The position numbers were made by a program, and so were the translations under genes. The notes under the pieces were generated by a model. It was not told where the DNA came from. It saw only the letters and a program-made list of their open reading frames with translations, and did not search any database. This document shows, one piece after another, positions 18,672-27,678 of a stretch of DNA of 64,000 bases (position 1 is the first letter of the stretch; each line of letters opens with the position of its first letter). Location of the stretch: contig JAGOPY010000005.1 of the NCBI GenBank assembly GCA_017991835.1, forward strand, positions 155,487-219,486, written 5' to 3'. Origin of the DNA: Bacteroidales bacterium (GTDB lineage Bacteria > Bacteroidota > Bacteroidia > Bacteroidales > JAGOPY01).

Positions 18672-18968
18672 TCACTCTCTCGTAACCAGGTAGATATCCT
18701 CGCTGTCGCGTTTCATCAGGTATTTCTCCCGGCCGAATTTTTCAATGGCTTCGGGATTATTAATCAGCTCCTCGATCAAGGTGTTGTTCCTGGCAATTTC
18801 CGACGCATAAAACGCTTTCATCTCCCTGATTTCGGTAATGCGCTGGTTCAATGTGTGTTGCCGCTTCAGGCTGTTCGTATCGAAGAAGATCATCCATACG
18901 GCGAATGCTACCAGTGTGATGAAATAGCGGTTGAGGAATATTTTTTTCAGGATGCGGAGCATGATCAT
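18672..18968 (-). CDS. FtsB/DivIC-like septum formation initiator family protein
   Basis: 98 aa with one N-terminal TM segment (YFITLVAFAVWMIFF) followed by a coiled-coil-like segment. Confidence 0.6.
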   Translation of the reverse strand: MIMLRILKKIFLNRYFITLVAFAVWMIFFDTNSLKRQHTLNQRITEIREMKAFYASEIARNNTLIEELINNPEAIEKFGREKYLMKRDSEDIYLVTRE

Positions 18969-19135
18969 TTAATCAGGATTTAAAGATAAGGTTGATAATG
19001 CAGATGATTCCTTAAAATAGCAGGAATTTTTAACTTGATTTTGTTGATAACCGATATGCCACATAAACATTATAATCCGTTGAAGCGCCATTGCCCGCGT
19101 TTTACTTCCGATGACTGAAAATGTCAGGTGATAAA

Positions 19136-20062
19136 TTAGTGACTATCAATGCCATGTAGCATAAAAACTGAATGCCTCAGGGTTTTTGAGATTTCAGCCA
19201 TATATTCATTGACCGCTTTAACACTACCCGGGAGGGCATAGATCAGGGTGGAACCGGCCACCCCGGCCACGCTCCGGCTCAGCAATGCATTCGGTTTTTC
19301 CATACCATATTTGATGCGGATCAGTTCCATAATGCCCGGAATCTCTTTATCAATCACCGAACGCACCGCCTCCGGTGTGATATCCCTCGGCCCGATCCCC
19401 GTGCCACCGGTGGTAATAACGATGTCGGTCTTGTCGCTTTTTGCTTTTTGCAGTAATGATTTCAGTTCATTCTCATCATCGGGGATGATATGATGAGTGA
19501 TTTCGCTTTTCCAGTTTTGTTGTGTAAAAAAATCATTCAGGATGGCGATGGTGCGCGGCCCGCTTTTATCTTCATAAATGCCCTGGCTGGCCCTGTCGCT
19601 GAGGGTGATCACTATTGCCTTATAAATTTTTTCTATAAAGATGATCGGGTCTCCCGGACGAACGATTCCCGGGCGGATCACGCGGCAGAAAATACCTTCT
19701 TTCGGCATCACGCAATTGCCAACCTCGCGGAAGATGGCGCAACTATCGCCATGGCATTCTTTGCCGATCTGGGTCACTTCCAGTTCGGTTTCGCCAATGA
19801 TGAACCTGTCGAGGGGATGGGTTTCATGCAGGATGATCCCGTCGGTCGTGATATTTTCGGCAAATTCGCCGAACCGGATCTCCCGTCCGGCGGCTTTTGA
19901 GAATTTGTCAACGCTCTCTTTTGCCAGCAGGCTCACCTGGCGGTTCCACGGACCGGCATGCGCATCGTTCTTCACCCCCCATTCATCCAGGCAGATAGAA
20001 TCTACCGGCTGCTTCACCGTCCCCTTTTTTTCCGAAATATTAACCGACAATACCCTAATCAT
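19136..20062 (-). CDS. Fusion of a MOSC domain with a MogA/MoaB-type molybdopterin adenylyltransferase domain
   Basis: The N-terminal half (VLSVNISEKKGTVKQPVD...VTQIGKECH) is MOSC-like. The C-terminal half (ITLSDRAS...DIVITTGGTGIGPRDITPEA) is MogA/MoaB-like. Confidence 0.8.
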   Translation of the reverse strand: MIRVLSVNISEKKGTVKQPVDSICLDEWGVKNDAHAGPWNRQVSLLAKESVDKFSKAAGREIRFGEFAENITTDGIILHETHPLDRFIIGETELEVTQIGKECHGDSCAIFREVGNCVMPKEGIFCRVIRPGIVRPGDPIIFIEKIYKAIVITLSDRASQGIYEDKSGPRTIAILNDFFTQQNWKSEITHHIIPDDENELKSLLQKAKSDKTDIVITTGGTGIGPRDITPEAVRSVIDKEIPGIMELIRIKYGMEKPNALLSRSVAGVAGSTLIYALPGSVKAVNEYMAEISKTLRHSVFMLHGIDSH

Positions 20063-20113
20063 ACCAATTTCCTATTTCTGATTCAAAATGCACCATTTCT
20101 TTTTCCTTTTTCC

Positions 20114-20155
20114 CTCTTCACTCTTCACTCTTCACCCTTCACTCTTCACTCTTCC
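20114..20155. repeat. Heptamer array ctcttca x6 overlapping the moaC stop codon
   Basis: Six phased units. The moaC TGA (20146-20148) and the last residues EKRKEE are encoded within or next to the array. Confidence 0.85.
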
Positions 20156-20598
20156 TTCCTCTTCTCCACCAGCCTGATCTCCCCGATAACCATCTCTTTA
20201 TCAACCGCTTTGCACATGTCGTAAATTGTAAGGAGGGCAACGGATGCAGCGGTCAGCGCTTCCATTTCCACGCCGGTCTGTCCGACACACTTTGCCGTAG
20301 CAGTAACTGTAACACCCGAATCACCGATAGCCGTCACGACATCGATCTTTGTGATCTGAAGCGGGTGGCATAGCGGGATCAGATCAGCGGTCTTTTTTCC
20401 TGCCTGGATACCGGCGATCTGCGCTACCGTCAGCACATCGCCTTTTTTTATTTCGTTTTCCCGTATCAGCCGGATGGTCTCCGGGTTCAGGCGGATATAG
20501 CCCGTTGCTGTAGCTATCCTTAACTGTTCCGGCTTGTGGCCCACATCAACCATCCTTGCCCGGCCCGATTCATCGGTATGCGAAAAGCTGCTCCCCAT
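20146..20598 (-). CDS. moaC: Cyclic pyranopterin monophosphate synthase accessory protein
   Basis: MVDVGHKP...LIPLCHPL...GVEMEALTAASVALLTIYDMCKA is the canonical MoaC sequence. Confidence 0.93.
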   Translation of the reverse strand: MGSSFSHTDESGRARMVDVGHKPEQLRIATATGYIRLNPETIRLIRENEIKKGDVLTVAQIAGIQAGKKTADLIPLCHPLQITKIDVVTAIGDSGVTVTATAKCVGQTGVEMEALTAASVALLTIYDMCKAVDKEMVIGEIRLVEKRKEE

Positions 20599-20600
20599 AT

Positions 20601-20628
20601 TTCAAAGTTCAAAGTTCAAAGTTCAAAG
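20601..20628. repeat. Heptamer array ttcaaag x4, starting 2 nt upstream of the moaC start codon
   Basis: Read directly; it begins 2 nt from the moaC ATG (20596-20598). Confidence 0.85.
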
Positions 20629-20642
20629 ATAATTCGATATTT

Positions 20643-20694
20643 CCAATGACGCTTGCGCAGCAAGCCAATGACGCGAACGAAGTGAGCTAATGAC
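20643..20694. repeat. REP-like repeat, locus 2 (two units, opposite orientation to locus 1)
   Basis: The reverse complement reads gtcattagctcacttcgttcgcgtcattgg cttgctgcgcaagcgtcattgg. Confidence 0.8.
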
Positions 20695-20706
20695 TATAGT
20701 CTTATC

Positions 20707-21507
20707 TCATCCTCCGATCCACGAAAACTCCTCTTCAGAATTGGCTGTCCCGCAGCGGGGTTTGTTGCTGACGGCCTGCAAAATAGCTTCCCTTGCTCCA
20801 AGTTCCCTCACATTGTAGCCGATGGCGTTGAACAGGCACGGCTTGACGATCCCGTTTGAGGTCAGCCGGAGACGGTTGCAGCGGTTGCAGTTTCCTCCGT
20901 CGCCTCCGTCTACCACATAAAATTCACCCGAAGCCAGGTCCATCTGCCGGATAAACCGGACCTGGAATCCGTTTGCTTCGCTGAATTCTTTCACCCGGGC
21001 TGCATCCTCCGGATCCATTTCATAACCTGTGACGCAGTTGATCTTGACCGGGGTTAACCCGACCTCCCTGGCTTTCATAATTCCCTTCTTCACCTCTTCA
21101 ATATCGCCTCCCCGGGTGATTTTTCTGAACCTTTCCGCATCCAGCGTATCGAGGCTGATATTCACCCGCTGAAGACCGGCATCTTTCAGCTCTTGCGCAA
21201 ATCTTTCAAGTAGGATGCCATTGGTGGTCATCGACAGATCGACGATCCCGGGGATCGAGGCCAGCATCTTTACCAGGTTGGTTATTCCTTTGCGCACCAG
21301 TGGTTCTCCGCCGGTCAGCCTGATCTTGCTGACACCCATTTCCGCAGCTATTTGCGCTACTTCAACAATTTCATCGTACGACAGGATATCTTCGTGCCGA
21401 AGCAGCGTGATCCCATCGGCAGGCATGCAATAAGTGCAGCGCAGGTTGCACCGGTCGGTGACCGAGATGCGCAGGTAATTGATCTGGCGGTCAAACCGGT
21501 CGAACAT
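20707..21507 (-). CDS. moaA: GTP 3',8-cyclase (radical SAM), short form
   Basis: CNLRCTYCMP radical-SAM cluster motif plus MoaA-like downstream sequence; 266 aa. Confidence 0.88.
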   Translation of the reverse strand: MFDRFDRQINYLRISVTDRCNLRCTYCMPADGITLLRHEDILSYDEIVEVAQIAAEMGVSKIRLTGGEPLVRKGITNLVKMLASIPGIVDLSMTTNGILLERFAQELKDAGLQRVNISLDTLDAERFRKITRGGDIEEVKKGIMKAREVGLTPVKINCVTGYEMDPEDAARVKEFSEANGFQVRFIRQMDLASGEFYVVDGGDGGNCNRCNRLRLTSNGIVKPCLFNAIGYNVRELGAREAILQAVSNKPRCGTANSEEEFSWIGG

Positions 21508-22666
21508 CGATCAGATCTCCTTCATTGAGTTCAGTGATTCCGAGAGGTATGGCGGCGATGGCATCGGCGTCGGCCAGTGCAAATATGTGTGCCGATCCGT
21601 GATATTCCAGCGGATAAACCTTTCCAGCTTTAATCTTTACCGGGAGCCATTGCATCCGGTCGCCCCGCTTTCGTTGATAATGCCCTCCAAAAGGCAGTAT
21701 CATATTTCTGACGGGATCCTTAATTCCCATCATTTTCCATAACATCGGCTTCACCAGGATTTCAAAAATAGTAAACGAAGAGACCGGATTTCCGGGCAAT
21801 CCAAAAATGCGCTTATCTCGTTTTACGCCGAAAACGGTCGGTTTACCGGGTTGAACCGAGATAGTCCTGAAAAGGATTTCAATGCCTGCTTTTTCGAGAA
21901 TTTTGGGGACGAAATCAAATGTGCCCATCGAAACGCCGCCGGTAAGGAGGATCACATCGGCCTGATCCAGGGCGTTATCGAGTATCCTGAATGTATCTTC
22001 TTCCGTATCGGGGGCAATACCCATATAGTTTGCTTCAGCGCCAGATCTTATGGCCTGGGCAGTGAGCTGATAACCATTGCTGTTGCGGATCTGGGAGATA
22101 CCCGGCTTAAGGTGCGGTTCGACGATTTCGTCGCCGGTTGCGATGACTGCAACTCGCGGTTTTTTGGAAACTACGGGCCGAACACATCCTACAGCAGCCA
22201 TGATGGCGATGTGCTGCGGAGCGATCATCGTGCCGGCTTTTAAAACGCCATCGCCTTCTTTAACATCTTCTGCAAACGGTGAAATATTTGTCTTTGTGTG
22301 TGCTCCTGTGAATATGATCCATCCCTCTCCGGTCTCTTTCGTCTCCTCGACCATGATCACGCAGTCGGCGCCCGATGGGACCGGAGCGCCGGTCATAATT
22401 CGTGTACACTGCCCCTGGCCGATCACTTTTTGCGGAAACAGGCCGGCGCGGACCGTTTCGATCACCTCCAGCGGTTGTCCGAGGTCTGCTCTGCGACAGG
22501 CAAATCCATCCACGGCCGACCGGTTGAACGGGGGCATATTGATATCTGAGAATACATCATCTGCCAGTGTTCTTCCAATCGCCTCTTGAATTTGAACTGT
22601 TTCTTTATCAGATAGATAAGTATTTCTTAAAACGATCTCCAGTGCCTCTTCGTATGTGATCATCAT
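21491..22666 (-). CDS. moeA: Molybdopterin molybdenumtransferase
   Basis: MoeA-like over its full length (SAVDGFA..., TGGVSMGTFDFV, GLPGNPVSS); 391 aa. Confidence 0.9.
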   Translation of the reverse strand: MMITYEEALEIVLRNTYLSDKETVQIQEAIGRTLADDVFSDINMPPFNRSAVDGFACRRADLGQPLEVIETVRAGLFPQKVIGQGQCTRIMTGAPVPSGADCVIMVEETKETGEGWIIFTGAHTKTNISPFAEDVKEGDGVLKAGTMIAPQHIAIMAAVGCVRPVVSKKPRVAVIATGDEIVEPHLKPGISQIRNSNGYQLTAQAIRSGAEANYMGIAPDTEEDTFRILDNALDQADVILLTGGVSMGTFDFVPKILEKAGIEILFRTISVQPGKPTVFGVKRDKRIFGLPGNPVSSFTIFEILVKPMLWKMMGIKDPVRNMILPFGGHYQRKRGDRMQWLPVKIKAGKVYPLEYHGSAHIFALADADAIAAIPLGITELNEGDLIDVRPV

Positions 22667-22752
22667 AAAAAAAATGAGCCTGTAAAAGTAGGAATATTAA
22701 GCCAAATAAACTTACGGCTAAGTTTGACGACAGAAACGGAACATGAAATAAA

Positions 22753-22792
22753 CCTAAAAAGAGGCTGCTCTAATTTCTGAAGCAGCCTCTTT
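22753..22792 (-). terminator. Rho-independent terminator downstream of the disrupted adhesin gene
   Basis: The minus strand reads AAAGAGGCTGCT-tcagaaattag-AGCAGCCTCTTT followed by TTAGG. The stem is 12 bp (22758-22769 with 22781-22792) and is followed by a T-run. Confidence 0.7.
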
Positions 22793-22822
22793 AACTAAAA
22801 CTACGGTAAGATTGGCGGAAGG

Positions 22823-25057
22823 TTATGGATTTCTCACATTAAGAATTCCTCCGGGTTGTACATTGACCGCCGCTCCTTCCTCGATGTAGAGATCTCCGCA
22901 ATTCACCGACTGTGAACTTAGGATATCCGGGAACACGCCTCCTGAAGGAGCTGCCGGTATCAAAACATTACTGTGCATATCCGGGGCAGCATTCCGGTCC
23001 CAGTTACTGGGATTGGTCCAGTCGGTACTTACCGATCCTGTCCAGATATATAATGCCCTAATCGATATATTATCGACGGCCAGGAGATACATATCGGCAT
23101 CGCTGTACCCGTGCCAGCCAACATAATAATCGCCTGCGGAAGTAACGACAATATCGGCTTTAGCCTCTTCATAGGCCGGGTTAGTAATGTTGGAATTATC
23201 GAATACCGGACCATTTGTCATACCGGCTTCCGTTGGTGCGGATCCCCATTTCACTTCCATTTTTTCAGGGAAAGTTGCGCCGGATCCTCGGTACCAGAAG
23301 CACAGGTTATACGTTCCGGGAGATAATGAAATCGGTGGCGTAAAGAACCAGTCGTCCATGGCCAGAGCACTGTTCCACCGGATATACATTCCATTGGGTG
23401 CGCTTCTGGCGTAGGAAGTGTTGGTCACCCACGTATATAAATCCGAATTATCATCGATAACAGTCATACAATTCGGTATTTCAGGAGCAATTTTTGAGTC
23501 GAAGTTCTGTTCATATGGCACCGAAAAAACTCCACAGAGGGTTGTAAATGAAATAGGTCCAGCCCACTGGCTTGTAGGTCCGCTGTTTTTCGGCAGGCAT
23601 TCATGAACGATAATGCCACCTGGCATAAGAGGGTTCCAATAGCTCCTTAAAAGCGAGGTAACAGGCGGTTCATCCGGCGTATCCAGTATTTGAATATTGA
23701 ATCCCCAGATGTCTACTGAAACCCATTCCGGGTTGTAATCCGGGATGATATAATAGAGCTCGATCCATTGGCGTCCGGCCGGACCAGGCATTATAGCCAG
23801 GGGTCCGTTGACCGGAGATCTTTCAATATAATCTTCCTCGTCCGGCATCGGGAATCCTGGCACAGGAGGATCCCAGTCAGGCGTACTCCAGTTGACTACA
23901 TAGAACAATTGACCATCAACAGGTTCATAAGTTTGAATCCAGAATCCCATTCTTATCTTCTTCATCCTGTTTGGATCGACGGTATCGTTATAGAACCAGA
24001 TATTATACCAGCTCATTCCATCACCCTGGTCATACAAATACCATGTCAGATTTTCCCCGGGATCTAATTCCTCGGTTGCACCTCCACTGAGAGCTGGCAC
24101 CAAAGCGCTCGACGGATCGATGGCCAGGTGGAAATTATCAATCCTGGTTTCCGCTGTTTCTGTGAATCCGCAGTCGCCTCGCAGCCAGGCATCATAATCG
24201 GTAGAATGGTCAAGGCCATCAACAGGATATGGATTCTGGTTTACTTCCCTGACACGGACGCTTGGATCGAGTCCGCTGCCCGGAACATATCCGGCTGGTC
24301 CCAGTTCGAGCTCCACCAGTTCAAAGAATGGATCATAGTTAATGTCAGCTCCCGTCTGTGAGATGTTGGTTGCGGGTTGCGGCACCGGAGGCGGGCACTG
24401 GGGTAGCGTGTTAAATCCTATCGGGCCTGTCCAGTCGCTGGTATTACCTACCGGCTTGGGCAGGCATTCATGCACCATGATCCCTCCGGGCAAGGGGCTT
24501 TGTTCCCACCAGAAGAATAAGGATGATGTTATCGGGGGTGCTATGGGTTGGGGCAGAATGGTGATATTGTCTCCCCAAATATCCACCGATACCCATTCAG
24601 GATTGAAATCAGGGATAGTATAAGATATCTCGATCCACTGGCCGTAAGGGTTGATCAGATCGGCCGCAATAACAGGGATAGGGCCATTGGTCGGCGACCG
24701 GTCGACATATACCTCTTCAGCGGGCATCGGGAATCCTGGGACAGGAGGATCCCAGTCTTCTGTGCTCCAGTTAACGACATAATAGATATTTGCAGTCGCT
24801 GCAGGATCAAGGCGCTGAACCCAGAATCCCAATTTAATGATCTTCATACGGGTCGTATCGACCGTATCATTGTAGAACCAGATATTATACCAGGATTCTC
24901 CCCCTTCTGAAGTGTACTGGTACCAGGTCATATCCTCTCCCGGCTCTTCTGTCTCGGAAACCCCGCCGCTGTTCAACGGGTTAATCTGTTGCAATTCATT
25001 TATTTCCAGCCAGAAATGGTCAATTTTCGGGACATCGAATCCACAGACACTTCTCAT
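22823..25057 (-). CDS. Adhesin fragment 4 (two W-rich ~200-aa repeats, a MAM-like domain and a 74-aa terminal module)
   Basis: Same frame as fragment 3. The sequence after the TAA reads NTAYNWYMRSVCG, completing a GL..T.Y....C domain end. Confidence 0.65.
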   Translation of the reverse strand: MRSVCGFDVPKIDHFWLEINELQQINPLNSGGVSETEEPGEDMTWYQYTSEGGESWYNIWFYNDTVDTTRMKIIKLGFWVQRLDPAATANIYYVVNWSTEDWDPPVPGFPMPAEEVYVDRSPTNGPIPVIAADLINPYGQWIEISYTIPDFNPEWVSVDIWGDNITILPQPIAPPITSSLFFWWEQSPLPGGIMVHECLPKPVGNTSDWTGPIGFNTLPQCPPPVPQPATNISQTGADINYDPFFELVELELGPAGYVPGSGLDPSVRVREVNQNPYPVDGLDHSTDYDAWLRGDCGFTETAETRIDNFHLAIDPSSALVPALSGGATEELDPGENLTWYLYDQGDGMSWYNIWFYNDTVDPNRMKKIRMGFWIQTYEPVDGQLFYVVNWSTPDWDPPVPGFPMPDEEDYIERSPVNGPLAIMPGPAGRQWIELYYIIPDYNPEWVSVDIWGFNIQILDTPDEPPVTSLLRSYWNPLMPGGIIVHECLPKNSGPTSQWAGPISFTTLCGVFSVPYEQNFDSKIAPEIPNCMTVIDDNSDLYTWVTNTSYARSAPNGMYIRWNSALAMDDWFFTPPISLSPGTYNLCFWYRGSGATFPEKMEVKWGSAPTEAGMTNGPVFDNSNITNPAYEEAKADIVVTSAGDYYVGWHGYSDADMYLLAVDNISIRALYIWTGSVSTDWTNPSNWDRNAAPDMHSNVLIPAAPSGGVFPDILSSQSVNCGDLYIEEGAAVNVQPGGILNVRNP

Positions 25058-25078
25058 GTACCAGTTATACGCCGTATT

Positions 25079-27364
25079 TTAATCCAGTCCTCCGATCTCA
25101 ACCGGTGAAGTTGTAACATTTGAGATGGTGGTACCGGGGTCTCCGGGCTCATTTCCCTCTATTGCATAGAAAATATCGAAAAAAGAATCGATTTGCCAGT
25201 CACCGCCGGGTAAGTCGAAATTCAAACTGGCAGATTCAAACGTGATATTATCGGTATATAGGTTTTCTGGCGGAGGGCAGGTAGGAGGTGTACAATCGGA
25301 AGTGAATGTGTGGAAGATAGTAGTTTCATCGAATGCCGTTCCGGGTTCCCATGTGAAAATTTCCTCATTGAATGGGTCAAAAACGGAAAATCCGACTTCT
25401 GTAGTGTATGAACCCAGCACCACGACAACAATCTCGGTAGTCATGGCATCACAAAGACCGGCATCTTCGGGGCCAAAGCTGAATCCATCAACAAAGCCTT
25501 CTCCGAAAGTAGCCACTATCACTCCGTTCTGCCTGAATCCCAGCACCGTGCCATTCCATCCGTCTCCATAAGAATCTTCTTCTAAAACAGTATAGGTACA
25601 TTGGTCGGCAATCTCGCACAACAGGGTTTGGAAAGGTATTCCGGGAGTCCATGTGCTGACATCGGTATTATCCTGGCCGCAGTCCTGTCGCACCCACCAT
25701 TCGTATTCTGTACCCGGCAAACCGCCATTCCAGGGAAATGGATTAACCTGAGTGTCATCGATAACAGGAACAGTGGTTTCATCGGGTGGAGGTCCGCCGG
25801 CTACCTCGAGGAAAATATCAAAAAATGAATCGGGCATTCCCGTCCATCCCAAAGAGGCGCCGGTTGAAGAGATGCCTGTAACTGTTGGCAGAGTTGGTGC
25901 CGGGCATTCCGGAATCTCACCCGCGATCTCTACCGAGCGCATGATCCAGGCATATTCAACAGCACTTAGAACAAGGGGAGTCCAACTGGTGGTTGAAGGT
26001 ATATAATAGAAACTGTGGCCGGGAATGATAGGTTCAACGTCGTCTGTCTGGGCGGCACCCGGGTATAAAACTCCAAGAGGACATTCGATGGTAATCCAGT
26101 AATCCGAACCGGGGGCAAATGTGGGCACCAGCATTTCATCGAAGGCAAAATGCAAATAATCGCCTCCCTCGGAGAAAAATACGGGATCCGTATATGTAGC
26201 TGTATAAAGGACCGCCCCGGGAGCCTGGTTATCCGTGCCTGCGCCCCTGACTTCGATATTATAAGTCCCGGTGGTGACCGTCTCTGTCCGGCAGATAAAA
26301 TCGACCCCGGCCGGTTTGATATAATCGGCTGCGGCATAACGCACCCCTGCTCTCATGGGAGTAGAAGGATCGTTCCATCCCACATAGGTATCCACATTAT
26401 TATCCCCCCGGTCATAAATCGTCCGGGTGTAATTATCAGGATAAACCCTGAGCCGGAATGAGTTATTGTTATTGCCGGGATTTCCATCGTCAGGTAAGGT
26501 AATTGAACCATTGGCAAAAAATGTACCCCTTTCCGGCGGAGAAGGATAGGTAAGGCTAACAACTTCCGTGAACCCGGGGTTGACGGGCCCGCCTGCATAA
26601 CCTGTCTGGTCGATGCCGGCAACATCCCATTCCAGAGTATAAGATGCCGGATCGGTCCCGATGTTCTCAATTTCTGCGGTTACAGCAATATCGGCCAATG
26701 TCACTTCAGTGACCGAACGATTTGAACCGGTCACGATTTTGGAGTGATTTTCCTGTGTTTCAGGAATACCGGGAAGACCGCCCGGTAATTCCTGGTAAAG
26801 GTCGCGGCGTTGGTTATACATGCCTTCTCTTTTTACCTTGCTTATGCCTCCTGAGGTTGCTCCGGCATTCATCGGTACCGGCAGCCCGCTGCTCTGGTAA
26901 AACTGGCTGAAACGCAGGTCAATCGAGGGTGGTTCACCAATGAAAATATTATCCAGGAAAAGGTTATTTCCATAAGCGCTGATAGCCTGGAACTTGACCT
27001 TGTTGGTTCCTGCCGGAAGGGCATACGACTTGGATGCCCATTGGGCAGATGTCGGGACAAACGGGTCTTCTGTTGCACCACCTGTGTTAAGTGGCCCGGT
27101 AAGACCTCCGGCTAAGGTAACCAGTGAATTGTAATTCTGTCCGCCATCTATGGAATAGAGAATGATTAACTGGTCGACCTCATCAACATAGGTTGCATAG
27201 GCATGATCAAAACTGACAACGGCTCCTGCAGCGTTGAATTCGGGACTGATCAGTTCGAAGGGGGTCGTTCCCGAAATACTGTAAAACGGGGCCAGGGCTG
27301 AAGCTGTACCTGATCCGTACCCGCTGGCGGAGGTTGTCCTCGCCCAGCTACCGCTTCCTGTCAC
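25079..27364 (-). CDS. Adhesin fragment 3, ending at an in-frame TAA
   Basis: It continues 2 codons after the TGA in the same frame (SIVTGSGSWARTT...). It ends ...PVEIGGLD-TAA. Confidence 0.65.
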   Translation of the reverse strand: MTGSGSWARTTSASGYGSGTASALAPFYSISGTTPFELISPEFNAAGAVVSFDHAYATYVDEVDQLIILYSIDGGQNYNSLVTLAGGLTGPLNTGGATEDPFVPTSAQWASKSYALPAGTNKVKFQAISAYGNNLFLDNIFIGEPPSIDLRFSQFYQSSGLPVPMNAGATSGGISKVKREGMYNQRRDLYQELPGGLPGIPETQENHSKIVTGSNRSVTEVTLADIAVTAEIENIGTDPASYTLEWDVAGIDQTGYAGGPVNPGFTEVVSLTYPSPPERGTFFANGSITLPDDGNPGNNNNSFRLRVYPDNYTRTIYDRGDNNVDTYVGWNDPSTPMRAGVRYAAADYIKPAGVDFICRTETVTTGTYNIEVRGAGTDNQAPGAVLYTATYTDPVFFSEGGDYLHFAFDEMLVPTFAPGSDYWITIECPLGVLYPGAAQTDDVEPIIPGHSFYYIPSTTSWTPLVLSAVEYAWIMRSVEIAGEIPECPAPTLPTVTGISSTGASLGWTGMPDSFFDIFLEVAGGPPPDETTVPVIDDTQVNPFPWNGGLPGTEYEWWVRQDCGQDNTDVSTWTPGIPFQTLLCEIADQCTYTVLEEDSYGDGWNGTVLGFRQNGVIVATFGEGFVDGFSFGPEDAGLCDAMTTEIVVVVLGSYTTEVGFSVFDPFNEEIFTWEPGTAFDETTIFHTFTSDCTPPTCPPPENLYTDNITFESASLNFDLPGGDWQIDSFFDIFYAIEGNEPGDPGTTISNVTTSPVEIGGLD

Positions 27365-27370
27365 AATGCT

Positions 27371-27658
27371 TCAGCAGGCGGGTGGAAATAAGGTCAATTC
27401 AAAATTTTCATTAACCTGGGCAGCCACTTCACAGGATGTGGTAGCACTCGCCGTTACACCTGACGAATAAGCCACTGATCCGTCCACCGAGAATGCTTTA
27501 TAATAATAGGGCGTATTGGGGGATAGTGGTGTATGGCTGAAAGCGGTATTCGTGTTGTTTTGAAGGACCGTTCCGCCACCCGGGATGGTTTGACCAACCA
27601 GGTAGGGTGTTCCGTCGGCAGGAACTCCGAAAGTATTGGAACTGTTCCAGACCAGCAT
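27371..27658 (-). CDS. Adhesin fragment 2 (FN3-like), ending at an in-frame TGA
   Basis: The frame is open upstream to ...LNGNGNAVMLVWNSS and ends ...FELTLFPPAC-TGA. Confidence 0.65.
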   Translation of the reverse strand: MLVWNSSNTFGVPADGTPYLVGQTIPGGGTVLQNNTNTAFSHTPLSPNTPYYYKAFSVDGSVAYSSGVTASATTSCEVAAQVNENFELTLFPPAC

Positions 27659-27678
27659 GACAGCGTTACCGTTTCCGT

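Noticed and set aside
22667-22752. Moco riboswitch upstream of moeA
   Set aside because: Only about 85 nt are available between the upstream terminator and the start codon, and I could not recognise a conserved multi-stem architecture. This cannot be excluded without a covariance-model scan.
27371-27373. Genome-wide TGA reassignment (genetic code 4 or 25), or selenocysteine, as the explanation for the in-frame TGA
   Set aside because: TGA is the functional stop of proS (2280-2282), moaC (20146-20148), rluA (39134-36), panB (39950-52) and the CDF gene (61973-75). The same gene also carries an in-frame TAA and a frameshift, and I saw no SECIS-like element.
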